Assembly (NCBI GenBank): GCA_964626415.1
Contig: CAZVFH010000003.1
Location: forward strand, 1 to 55,252
Origin: an uncultured Candidatus Saccharibacteria bacterium
GTDB lineage: Bacteria > Patescibacteriota > UBA1384 > XYA2-FULL-43-10 > CAINNR01
Direction: 5' to 3'
Length of the DNA: 55,252 bases
A model generated the notes under the pieces. The model ran no database searches. It was not told the origin of the DNA and was given only the letters and a program-made list of their open reading frames with translations. Positions 1 through 7,637 of this stretch are shown here, piece by piece (within the stretch, counting starts at the first letter, position 1; every line of letters begins with the position of its first letter). A program made the position numbers and the translations under genes.

Positions 1-106
1 AAGCCGCCCGCAGAATTGGTAAAGATATCAATTTTGGCGATTTGTCTGTCGTTTTTTTGTTGCAATTATTCTTTATAATCATTCCACAAAGTGCTAATAT
101 CAAAGT

Positions 107-1183
107 ATGGAAAAACTTGTTCTTATTGATGGCAATGCGATAATTCATCGGGCATATCACTCGATGCCAAAGGGACTTGCAACTCGGTCGGGTGAACTTA
201 CGAATGCTGTCTATGGTTTTGCCGTTACTTTGATAAAGGTCTTAGAAGATTTGAAGCCGGATTATATCTGCGCTTCGTTTGATTTGGCTGGTCCAACTTT
301 TCGCCACGAAGTTTTTAAAGAGTATAAAGCAACTCGGGTAAAAGCTGATCAAGAACTTTACGACCAAATTCCCCGCGTCAAGAAACTTGTCGAGACAATG
401 GGAATTCCGATTTATGAAAAATCTGGCTTTGAAGCAGATGACACAATCGGGACGATTGTGCGTAAGATACAAGAAACAAGAAACAAGAAACAAACAAATT
501 CCAAATCCGAAAAGCTTACAGCTTACAGCTTACCACTTACAACTTACATTGTTTCCGGTGATAAGGATATTTTTCAATTAGTTGATGACAATGTTAAAGT
601 TTATAATTTGAAAAAGGGTTTGACGCAAACTCAAATAGTCGACGCAGAAATAATTCAAAAAGAATATAATCTCCAGCCGTCGGATTTTATTGATTTAAAA
701 GCCCTTGCCGGCGACCCTTCAGACAATATTCCGGGAGTGCCGGGAATTGGCCAAAAAACTGCGACAGAGTTGTTGCAAAAGTTTGACACTTTGGAGAAGC
801 TTTATGAAGCAATTGATAAATCCGAAATCCGAAATCCGAAATCCGAAACAAATTCGAATGACGAAAATTCAAAATTCAAAACAATCAAACCACGGATTTT
901 GGAATTATTAAAAAAACATAAAGAGCAAGCATTTTTAAGTCAGCATTTGGCGACGATTCACACCGATGTTCCGATTGATTTTGATCTTGAAAAATGTCGT
1001 TTTGGGGATTATGATAAGGAAAAGTTACGAGCATTGTTCGAGGAACTGGGATTTGCATCACTCTTGAGAAGATTTGATTCAACTGATGAAAAATCCCACT
1101 CCGCTCGACTTCGCTCTGGCGAGCTTCGTCAGGCTTCGCGGGACGAGCAGAGCACGAAGGACCAGCAATTGAAATTATTATGA
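107..1183 (+). CDS. 5'-3' exonuclease / flap endonuclease (stand-alone Pol I N-terminal-type domain)
   Basis: Motifs LIDGNAIIHRAYH, FEADDTIGT, SGDKDIFQLV and the HhH motif GVPGIGQKTA are typical of Pol I-type 5' nucleases. The TGA stop overlaps the next ATG (ATGA). Carries two low-complexity in-frame inserts and a GC-rich 3' tail. Confidence 0.9.
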   Translation: MEKLVLIDGNAIIHRAYHSMPKGLATRSGELTNAVYGFAVTLIKVLEDLKPDYICASFDLAGPTFRHEVFKEYKATRVKADQELYDQIPRVKKLVETMGIPIYEKSGFEADDTIGTIVRKIQETRNKKQTNSKSEKLTAYSLPLTTYIVSGDKDIFQLVDDNVKVYNLKKGLTQTQIVDAEIIQKEYNLQPSDFIDLKALAGDPSDNIPGVPGIGQKTATELLQKFDTLEKLYEAIDKSEIRNPKSETNSNDENSKFKTIKPRILELLKKHKEQAFLSQHLATIHTDVPIDFDLEKCRFGDYDKEKLRALFEELGFASLLRRFDSTDEKSHSARLRSGELRQASRDEQSTKDQQLKLL

Positions 1184-1458
1184 TAAAAAATTTACTTGTT
1201 TTAATCGCAATCATATTCGCAAGTTATTCCATCGGCAGAATTAGCCATATTCTTGGTGGACATTTGAAAACGCCGCATCACTGGATTTATGGCGCAATTG
1301 CTTTAATCATTGGCATAATTTTCCATCGCCAAAAATGGGGGCAGTATTTGATTGCTTTTGGAATTGGCTTTATCATTAGCGATTTTAAAGATATGATTGA
1401 TTTGAAATTTTACGGTGTCGATGATGTAGTAATTAAAAAGTTTTGGGGAGTCGACTGA
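1180..1458 (+). CDS. small 3-TM membrane protein, unknown function, wedged between the two Pol I halves
   Basis: 92-aa ORF with three hydrophobic segments (LLVLIAIIFASYSI, WIYGAIALIIGIIF, YLIAFGIGFIISDF). Start and stop both overlap the neighbouring genes (ATGA at 1180, TGATG at 1456-1460). Confidence 0.6.
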   Translation: MIKNLLVLIAIIFASYSIGRISHILGGHLKTPHHWIYGAIALIIGIIFHRQKWGQYLIAFGIGFIISDFKDMIDLKFYGVDDVVIKKFWGVD

Positions 1459-2795
1459 TGAAAGAAATTTTAAAAAAAGCCGAAAAGTTGGGATGTGTTA
1501 TTCCCCACAAAAAGTGGGATGAGATTGATCGTGGAGTTATGCCGGTTTTGCGGGCGATGGAGGAGGTGGGGGTAAAAGTTGATGTCAACTTGCTTCGCAA
1601 GTTAAGTAAAAAGCTAAAAGTTAAAAGTGAAAAGCTACAAAAAGAAATTTTTAAGCAAGCCGGCGAGGAATTTAACTTATCATCCCCTTTGCAATTGTCC
1701 GACATCTTATTCAAGAAATTAAAACTACCAACTGGTGACATTCGTAAAATTAAAAGCGGAATTTCAACTTCGGCTTCGGAATTATCAAAATTGAAAGACA
1801 AGTCGCCGATAATTGGTAAGATTTTGGAGTATCGCGAACTTTCAAAATTAATTTCGACTTATCTCGCGCCACTTCCAAAAATGGTTGATGAAAATTCTCG
1901 GCTTCATAGCCATTTCGGTCAAGACACGCGAACTTCGCGACTTACATCGTCTGACCCAAATTTGCAAAATATTCCAATTAAAGGTGACTTTGGTCCACAA
2001 ATTCGTGCCGCATTCATTGCCGAAAAAGGAAATGTTTTGGTCTCTGCCGATTATTCACAAATCGAACTTCGAGTTGTTGCTTGCCTTTCTGGGGATGAAA
2101 AGATGCTCGAGGCGTTTTCAGAGGGAGTTGATATTCACGCTCGAACTGCCTCCGAACTTTTTAGAGTGCCAGTTGAAAAGGTAAATCACGACCAACGTCG
2201 ATTAGCAAAGACGGTTAATTTTGGTGTCCTTTACGGTATTTCGCCATTCGGACTTTCGCAAGCGCTGGGAATTGGACAGGATACGGCAGCCGAATATATT
2301 CGTCGTTACTTCGAAACTCATATTGGCGTAAAAAGATACTGCGACGATCAAGTTGCTTTTGCCAGAAAAAATGGCTACATTGAAACACTTTTTGGCTTTA
2401 AAAGAGAGCTTAAAAATATAAACTCGAATATTCGCTCTCTTGCCGAATCAGAGGAACGAATGGCGATAAATACGCCAGTGCAAGGAACAGCGGCAGAGAT
2501 TTTAAAACTTTCAATGATTGAACTTCATCGCAAATTAAATCAAAAATCCAAAATCCAAAATCCAAAATCTAAATATCAGAACAATTTAGCAATACAACCA
2601 TTTAACAATAAAGCTGTGCTTTTGCTTACTGTTCATGATGAACTTTTGGTCGAGACGCCGAAAAAAGAAGCAAAAAATGTCGCCAAGTTGATGAAAGAGA
2701 TTATGGAAAGCACGGTCAAACTTTGCGTGCCAGTGGAAGTAGAAGTTGGCATTGGCAGAAATTGGAACGAAGCAAAGAATAACACAAATCTTTGA
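1458..2795 (+). CDS. polA: DNA polymerase I, polymerase domain only (family A; no 3'-5' exonuclease domain)
   Basis: Family A motifs SSDPNLQNIP, DYSQIELRV, RRLAKTVNFGVLYG and TVHDELLVE. The protein starts about 30 aa before the thumb/palm region. ATG at 1458 is preferred over the upstream TTG at 1443. Confidence 0.9.
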   Translation: MKEILKKAEKLGCVIPHKKWDEIDRGVMPVLRAMEEVGVKVDVNLLRKLSKKLKVKSEKLQKEIFKQAGEEFNLSSPLQLSDILFKKLKLPTGDIRKIKSGISTSASELSKLKDKSPIIGKILEYRELSKLISTYLAPLPKMVDENSRLHSHFGQDTRTSRLTSSDPNLQNIPIKGDFGPQIRAAFIAEKGNVLVSADYSQIELRVVACLSGDEKMLEAFSEGVDIHARTASELFRVPVEKVNHDQRRLAKTVNFGVLYGISPFGLSQALGIGQDTAAEYIRRYFETHIGVKRYCDDQVAFARKNGYIETLFGFKRELKNINSNIRSLAESEERMAINTPVQGTAAEILKLSMIELHRKLNQKSKIQNPKSKYQNNLAIQPFNNKAVLLLTVHDELLVETPKKEAKNVAKLMKEIMESTVKLCVPVEVEVGIGRNWNEAKNNTNL

Positions 2796-2832
2796 CACAA
2801 ATAAACACAAATATGGGATTTACTCGCTTCGG

Positions 2833-2908
2833 GTCATCCCCGTGAAAACGGGGATCCACAAAAAGTAAAATTTAACTATTAGTGGATTTCCGCCTTCGCG
2901 GGAATGAC
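2833..2908. repeat. REP-like inverted pair element, copy R1 (GTCATCCCCG..CGGGGATCCAC - AT spacer - GTGGATTTCCGCC..GCGGGAATGAC)
   Basis: Two hairpin-forming ~27-nt units in inverted orientation. The same architecture recurs at 6571-6647 and 47481-47603. Confidence 0.8.
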
Positions 2909-2950
2909 AATCATATTTAGCGGGACGACAATAACGTGTCAGGATTTTTC

Positions 2951-2979
2951 TTGACATTTTTTTTAAAAAAGCGTATGCT
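2951..2979 (+). promoter_or_regulatory. sigma-70-like promoter candidate (TTGACA-17-TATGCT)
   Basis: Perfect -35 hexamer at 2951-2956, a 17-nt spacer and a weak -10, lying upstream of the 67-aa ORF. Confidence 0.4.
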
Positions 2980-3008
2980 ATAAATACAAATCGAAAGGGG
3001 GATTCAGG

Positions 3009-3212
3009 ATGTCCGAAACACACGCTCAACATTTTCCCCACATAATTGTTGGCAATTCAGATTCATTGGATACTTTGACTAAGCGAGCCAAACACATTTT
3101 GAATGAACCCTCAAGAACTATTCTAAATGAATGCGGTGCTGTTGTTGTGAGAGTGTTGGTGACCTCCGCACAAGAAAAAGTAGTTGAAGAATGTGGTTTT
3201 CAGGTCATGTGA
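3009..3212 (+). CDS. hypothetical small protein (67 aa)
   Basis: Strong SD (AAAGGGGGA) 5-6 nt before the ATG. A hairpin with a T7 run follows the stop. No recognisable motif. Confidence 0.55.
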   Translation: MSETHAQHFPHIIVGNSDSLDTLTKRAKHILNEPSRTILNECGAVVVRVLVTSAQEKVVEECGFQVM

Positions 3213-3238
3213 TAATACATCTTTATTAATTTCCTAAA

Positions 3239-3261
3239 GCTTCCTCTCCGGAAGTTTTTTT
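3239..3261 (+). terminator. Rho-independent terminator candidate
   Basis: CTTCC-tctcc-GGAAG stem-loop followed by TTTTTTT. Confidence 0.5.
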
Positions 3262-3296
3262 CTTGCAAAAAAATGTCGTTGTGCTTTAATCAAAGT

Positions 3297-4250
3297 ATGA
3301 TTAGATTATTTTACGGTGAAGATCAGTTTTCGCTTCAGGAAGAACTAAAAAATATTGAGCGGGAGTTTTATAACTCTAATTTTGGCGATATTAATATCTC
3401 GAAGTTTGATGGCGAAAATTTAACTTATGATCAGCTTCTACGAAATGCGGCGGCTATTCCGTTTCTTGCTGATCGTCGATTGATTATCGTCAAAAACTTA
3501 ATTCGAGTTGGCAGTGATAAACTAAAAGAGTATTTGGCGGAAAATTTGCAAAAATTTCCCGATTGCGCCGAGATTATTTTTGCTGAAGATGGCGAAGTTA
3601 AAAAAAATTTGATTATCTACAAAAAAATCCAGAAAATTGGTGAAGTGAAAGCGTTTCCAGTTCGCAAGGGTTATGAACTGGAAAAGTGGCTTATGGATTT
3701 TTGTCAAAAAGAAAATATTCCAATCAAATTTCCAGCAGTAAAAAAATTGATTTTGTTGGTTGGTGGTGAGTCATTTCGCTTACAAAATGAGCTTTCGAAG
3801 CTTGATCTTTTCCGCAAAGCGCAAGGGAAGGAGTTTATAGACGAGACGGATATCGAAATGATGGTCGCCGGTGAGAACGATCCGAACATTTTTGATTTTA
3901 TCGACGCTCTGGGAGCGAGAAATTCAAAGTCGGCTTTTGCCCATCTGTTTTCCCTTTTTGAGAGCGGAAAAAATGAAAATTATATTTTGACGATGATTGT
4001 CTATCAATTCCGCAATATGTTAATCGTTGCCGATCTGATTTCTCGCGGGGTTAGCAAACAAAATATCGCCAGCGAAGCCGGAATTCATCCATTTGTCGCC
4101 GGAAAAACCGTTAATTTGGTCTCAAATTACGAGTTGCCATTATTGAAAAGAATTTATCAGCGCCTTTTGCGATCTGATCTTGACATCAAAACCGGAGCAG
4201 TTGAGCCGCGACTGGCTCTCGAAAAACTTTTAGCCGATCTGACTTTGTAG
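3297..4250 (+). CDS. holA: DNA polymerase III delta subunit
   Basis: Length and the N-terminus MIRLFYGEDQFSL..., together with the overall helical three-domain pattern, are typical of HolA. ATG at 3297 is preferred to the ORF-track start at 3273. Confidence 0.7.
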   Translation: MIRLFYGEDQFSLQEELKNIEREFYNSNFGDINISKFDGENLTYDQLLRNAAAIPFLADRRLIIVKNLIRVGSDKLKEYLAENLQKFPDCAEIIFAEDGEVKKNLIIYKKIQKIGEVKAFPVRKGYELEKWLMDFCQKENIPIKFPAVKKLILLVGGESFRLQNELSKLDLFRKAQGKEFIDETDIEMMVAGENDPNIFDFIDALGARNSKSAFAHLFSLFESGKNENYILTMIVYQFRNMLIVADLISRGVSKQNIASEAGIHPFVAGKTVNLVSNYELPLLKRIYQRLLRSDLDIKTGAVEPRLALEKLLADLTL

Positions 4251-4260
4251 TATAATATAG

Positions 4261-4370
4261 ATAATTTAAAATTTAAAATTTAAAGTTCAAAATTTTGGTA
4301 TCCGCCTTTGGCGGATGAGCTATAATAGTTATTCCATAATTTTGATTTTTGATTTTTGCATTTTGAATTA
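4261..4370 (+). repeat. AT-rich hairpin element H1 with a central GC mini-hairpin and a CTATAATAG core
   Basis: The A-rich periodic left arm (AATTTAAAATTTAAAATTTAAAG) pairs with the U/G-rich right arm (AATTTTGATTTTTGATTTTTGCATTTTGAA) using U:G wobbles. The centre is ATCCGCCtttGGCGGAT followed by CTATAATAGTTATTCCATAATTTTG. Paralogous copies lie at 5871-5977 and 19801-19906. Confidence 0.8.
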
Positions 4371-4385
4371 TTTTTGGGAGGGGTT

Positions 4386-5870
4386 TTGGAGAAAAAGTAT
4401 CAAAAACCACCAATCATCGGGCTTAATTGGCGAAAGCTGATATTTTTCAGCTGTCTTTTTGTTGCTTTTTTCTCTGCTTGGAAGATCGTGGAATACAATC
4501 AGTTTCTTGCCGACGAAGCAACAGACGCCGAATCAAATTATCTTTTTACCTCTGTGGTAAATCTTGAGGTTACAAAAGATGGCAAAATTTTCAGTAATGG
4601 CAAAAAAATTGCTGGTAGCGTTAAACCTCAAAAGGAATTTGACGAATTGCGTCTTGTTGTTTATGACCAAAATGGAACATATCTTGATAATTTGCAAATT
4701 CAGCTTTCTTTGCCATCGGCAGTTGCGGGCAAAACAAAATCAGAAATTCTGGCAATCCACGGTGTTGATTCATCAACTTCATCGGTTTATGGCGACAATG
4801 TCTTGCTCTATGAAGCCAGTGGCGTCAGCGCCGTCGCAACGATTACCATAGTGGCAAAATTGCCAAAAGGCGAAATTAATTTCTCCTTTATTGATCAACT
4901 AGTTTATTATTTTTCGACTTTCTCCGGCACAATTTGGCTTTCATTGGCGGTATTTTTGCCGTTGGTTGTCTTTGTCTATTTAATTATTCTTATCTTGCTT
5001 CAAAGAAAGGCCCAAACAATTCCTAGTGTTGAGCGCCAATTCGTTTCTCCGCCATCGGCTCTGCCACCGGCTGTCGTTGGAGTTCTTACCCATCAAGATA
5101 TTGGGGCAAGAGAGATTGCGGCAACTTTGGTTGATTTATCTCTTCGAAAATTGATTTTTATAATTGATAAAGATCGAGGATTTGCTTTTGGCAAAAGGGA
5201 CTTTACTCAACAAATTTTACCTTTTGAGAAAATTTTACTCTCAAAGATATTTAGGAATGAGATTGTTTCAAGAGAAGAGATGATAAAGGAGAGATTTTAT
5301 GACCATCTTTACAGCAAAAAGATGTCGCTCTTTACAGGAGAGACATATTCAATTGCGACGCGATTTGGATATTTTAAAGTTAACCCCAAATCGATGCGTC
5401 GCAAATATCAATTTTTTGGGACGATTTTCTTTTTCTTTGCTCTCTTGTGTTTCTTTCTAAGTTTGAAATATTTTCCAACTTTGCATTATGCTTCTTTTCT
5501 TTGGGTTGGAATGATGGTTTCATCGGCTGTCATTATTATTGTTGGTTCAAAAATTCCGATTAGAACTCCACTTGGTCGCCAAGCACTTGGTAACTGGCTG
5601 GCATTTCGAGCTTATCTTTCCGACCATCGACCTTTGCCACTGGACCAACAGAACTACGATAAATTTGTGGAATATCTTCCTTATGCAATTGTTTTTAATT
5701 GTGAAGCGTTGTGGGTGAGGCGTTTTTCGTTTCAGAAATTTGCTATTCCGGAGTGGTTTCTGACCGACAAAGAGGGAATTGGGCTTGATGATTTTTGTTT
5801 AGCGCTTTTCCCAATAATCGGTTATGTCGGCCAAAATTTAGCAACGATCAGAGAACCGGGATATAAATAG
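4386..5870 (+). CDS. polytopic membrane protein, DUF2207-like
   Basis: N-terminal TM segment, a large extracytoplasmic region, then several TM segments and a PPAVVGVL..D.GAREIAATLVDL segment reminiscent of DUF2207. The likely start is TTG 4386, preceded by GGGAGGGG. Confidence 0.5.
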   Translation: MEKKYQKPPIIGLNWRKLIFFSCLFVAFFSAWKIVEYNQFLADEATDAESNYLFTSVVNLEVTKDGKIFSNGKKIAGSVKPQKEFDELRLVVYDQNGTYLDNLQIQLSLPSAVAGKTKSEILAIHGVDSSTSSVYGDNVLLYEASGVSAVATITIVAKLPKGEINFSFIDQLVYYFSTFSGTIWLSLAVFLPLVVFVYLIILILLQRKAQTIPSVERQFVSPPSALPPAVVGVLTHQDIGAREIAATLVDLSLRKLIFIIDKDRGFAFGKRDFTQQILPFEKILLSKIFRNEIVSREEMIKERFYDHLYSKKMSLFTGETYSIATRFGYFKVNPKSMRRKYQFFGTIFFFFALLCFFLSLKYFPTLHYASFLWVGMMVSSAVIIIVGSKIPIRTPLGRQALGNWLAFRAYLSDHRPLPLDQQNYDKFVEYLPYAIVFNCEALWVRRFSFQKFAIPEWFLTDKEGIGLDDFCLALFPIIGYVGQNLATIREPGYK

Positions 5871-5977
5871 GAAATTTAAAATTTAAAATTTAAAAATCAA
5901 AATTATTGTGTCCCGACAAGTCGGGACGGACTATTATAGTAATTCCATAATTTTGAACTTTGAATTTTGCATTTTAA
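5871..5977 (+). repeat. AT-rich hairpin element H2 (same family as H1)
   Basis: Arms are AAATTTAAAATTTAAAATTTAAAAATCAAAATT and AATTTTGAACTTTGAATTTTGCATTTT. The centre is GTCCCGACaaGTCGGGAC followed by ACTATTATAGTAATTCCATAATTTTG. Confidence 0.8.
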
Positions 5978-5985
5978 GCTTTGCT

Positions 5986-6549
5986 ATGTTTAATCATGAA
6001 AAGATTGTTGGAAAAATAATCTACGGTGGTGGTTTTGTTTTTGATTTCGCCAGATGGCTGGTTGTTTTTATACTACTTTTAGTTTTATGCAATTATTTTT
6101 TAATATCGATTTTTATCGTTGATGGCGCAAGTATGGATCCAATGCTTAAAACAGGTGAAATTGGCGTTCTGAATAAATATATTTATATAATTGATAACCC
6201 GAAGCGCGGAGACATCGTTGTTGTGAAATACCCGGGTGATCCGGAAAAACGCCGATATGTTAAAAGAGTGATTGGTTTGCCAGGTGAAAAAGTTAAGGTT
6301 TATAGCGGTTTGGTTTATGTAGACGGAAAAGTTTTGAAGGAAAATTATCTTGCCGAGTATGTCTGGAGTGATAAGGATGGCGAGTGGCAACTTGGTGAGC
6401 GTGATTATTTTTTGATGGGTGATAATCGACCGAATTCAAACGACTCCAGGTATTTTGGCCCAGTTGAACAGAGGTTTATTCTCGGTAAAACCGTTTGGAT
6501 TCTCTTGCCAAGATTTCAGAGCATTGTGACGCCAACCTATTTGTTTTAA
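5986..6549 (+). CDS. lepB: signal peptidase I
   Basis: Motifs GASMDPML (catalytic Ser), KRVIGLPGE (catalytic Lys) and GDNRPNSNDSRYFG. ATG at 5986 lies just after the H2 element. Confidence 0.9.
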   Translation: MFNHEKIVGKIIYGGGFVFDFARWLVVFILLLVLCNYFLISIFIVDGASMDPMLKTGEIGVLNKYIYIIDNPKRGDIVVVKYPGDPEKRRYVKRVIGLPGEKVKVYSGLVYVDGKVLKENYLAEYVWSDKDGEWQLGERDYFLMGDNRPNSNDSRYFGPVEQRFILGKTVWILLPRFQSIVTPTYLF

Positions 6550-6570
6550 ATCATCGGATATGTATAGTTC

Positions 6571-6647
6571 GTCATCTCCGATTTAGTCGGGGATCCGCTT
6601 ATAGTAAAATTCAACCATAAGTGGATTCCCGCTTTCGCGGGAATGAC
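6571..6647. repeat. REP-like inverted pair element, copy R2
   Basis: Sequence is GTCATCTCCGatttagTCGGGGATCCGC ... GTGGATTCCCGCtttcGCGGGAATGAC. It generates the spurious ORF starting MDSRFRGND. Confidence 0.8.
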
Positions 6648-6673
6648 CGGACACAAATAAAAAACCATCTGAT

Positions 6674-7036
6674 TTATTTGGCAGATGGTTTTTTCGAGGT
6701 CTTTTTTGTTGTAGTTTTTTTGGCGGGAGTTTTTATTTCAGCCGAATCTTTTACCTTTTTCTTCTCGGACGGTGCTTTTTCAACTTTCGCCATTCTTTTT
6801 GCAAGGCGTGATTTTAGTCGTGACGCCTTATTTTTGTGAATGACATTTTTTTTGGCGGCGATATCTAGTTCGCGATATGCAAGTTTTATTTTTTCATCGG
6901 CACTTTTTTCGTTGGCTGAAATCGCTAAACGAGCCGCCTTGACGGCGGATTTGACTTTTTCTCGAGTTAGGTCGTTGATATTTTCCCTTCGATGTCCAAC
7001 TCGCAAGGCCTTTTTTGCTGATTTGATAATTGGCAT
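6674..7036 (-). CDS. rpsT: 30S ribosomal protein S20 with a Lys-rich C-terminal extension
   Basis: The N-terminus MPIIKSAKKALR... and HKNKASRLKSRL are typical of S20. About 35 extra Lys/Thr-rich residues extend the C-terminus. Confidence 0.9.
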   Translation of the reverse strand: MPIIKSAKKALRVGHRRENINDLTREKVKSAVKAARLAISANEKSADEKIKLAYRELDIAAKKNVIHKNKASRLKSRLAKRMAKVEKAPSEKKKVKDSAEIKTPAKKTTTKKTSKKPSAK

Positions 7037-7111
7037 AGTTCGCTTCGCTCAAATTTAAAATTTAAAGTTTAAAATTCAAAATTGTGGAATAATTTTCTTA
7101 ATACATCTGAA

Positions 7112-7140
7112 ATTGTAGCAAATCATTTTTCTTTTGTAAA
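7112..7140 (-). promoter_or_regulatory. sigma-70-like promoter for rpsT (TTTACA-17-TACAAT)
   Basis: Reverse complement of 7135-7140 is TTTACA and of 7112-7117 is TACAAT, with an exact 17-nt spacer. The leader then contains ATTCCACAATTTTGAATTTTAAAC, which resembles the right arm of the H1 family. Confidence 0.6.
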
Positions 7141-7145
7141 GGGAT

Positions 7146-7171
7146 AAAAAAACTGCTTCAGGGTGAAGCAG
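7146..7171 (-). terminator. Rho-independent terminator of the 76-aa gene
   Basis: CTGCTTCA-ggg-TGAAGCAG stem followed on the minus strand by T7. Confidence 0.7.
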
Positions 7172-7179
7172 ATAAAATA

Positions 7180-7410
7180 TTATTTGATGGCACTTTCACC
7201 ACCACTGGTAGTGGCAGCAACAGATTCTATTTCAGCTAGTTTAAGTAGGTATTTTTCTAGCGGATTGATGACAATAATCGCGAAGATCGAAACAAGTGCA
7301 ACAACGATCGAAATGATTTTGACTGAATCACTTGAATTTGGGGAAATTGAACATAGAATACTTATCCCAAGCAACAAAAACAAAACTACTCTGAAAACAA
7401 TTTTCCGCAT
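7180..7410 (-). CDS. small membrane protein (76 aa, 2 TM)
   Basis: GGGAGG SD lies 7 nt upstream of the ATG. Two hydrophobic helices. Has its own terminator. Confidence 0.6.
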   Translation of the reverse strand: MRKIVFRVVLFLLLGISILCSISPNSSDSVKIISIVVALVSIFAIIVINPLEKYLLKLAEIESVAATTSGGESAIK

Positions 7411-7519
7411 CTCGTGCCTCCCTGCGACAGGATAACTTTAGAATAGCACTTTCGGAGAAATTTGTCAATGACTTGCGGAAAAAAGATATATTCTGTATGA
7501 TACAAAGTTGAGTCAAAAA

Positions 7520-7624
7520 TTGAAGTAAAAACTACCACAGATCAACCGCCACAGATTATCACAGATAAAACCACTAGAAATCTGTGCCGATCAGTGTTAA
7601 TTAATCTGTGAGAGTTTATACTTC
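7520..7624 (+). repeat. CACWGAT-heptamer promoter/leader module, copy A
   Basis: Begins TTGAAGTAAAAACTACCACAGATC. Contains about 7 copies of CACAGAT / ATCTGTG / ATCAGTG and ends GAGAGTTTATACTTC. Paralogues lie at 20622, 49435 and 50667. Confidence 0.85.
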
Positions 7625-7637
7625 CTTAAATATTCAA

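Noticed and set aside
1181-1183. Alternative genetic code (UGA read as an amino acid, as in some candidate phyla)
   Set aside because: TGA terminates several conserved genes at the expected protein length (the 5'-nuclease, the 92-aa protein, pnp and nrnA) with start-stop overlaps, and conserved genes have no in-frame TGA. This is the standard code 11.
6621-6839. 72-aa ORF starting MDSRFRGNDRT (similar cases at 2820-3041 on the minus strand and 8808-9008 on the plus strand, which contains VILSRAKNLE)
   Set aside because: The N-termini are translations of REP-like GC-rich repeat units (GTGGATTCCCGC..GCGGGAATGAC and GTCATTCTGAGCAGAGCGAAGAATC). The remainder is antisense to rpsT or lies in spacer, so these are classic repeat-derived spurious ORFs.
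7520-7624. oriC-like DnaA-box cluster (TTATCACAG resembles TTATCCACA)
   Set aside because: The heptamers lack the CC of the DnaA box. The same module occurs four times next to unrelated genes. No dnaA or dnaN gene or AT-rich unwinding element lies in the context.
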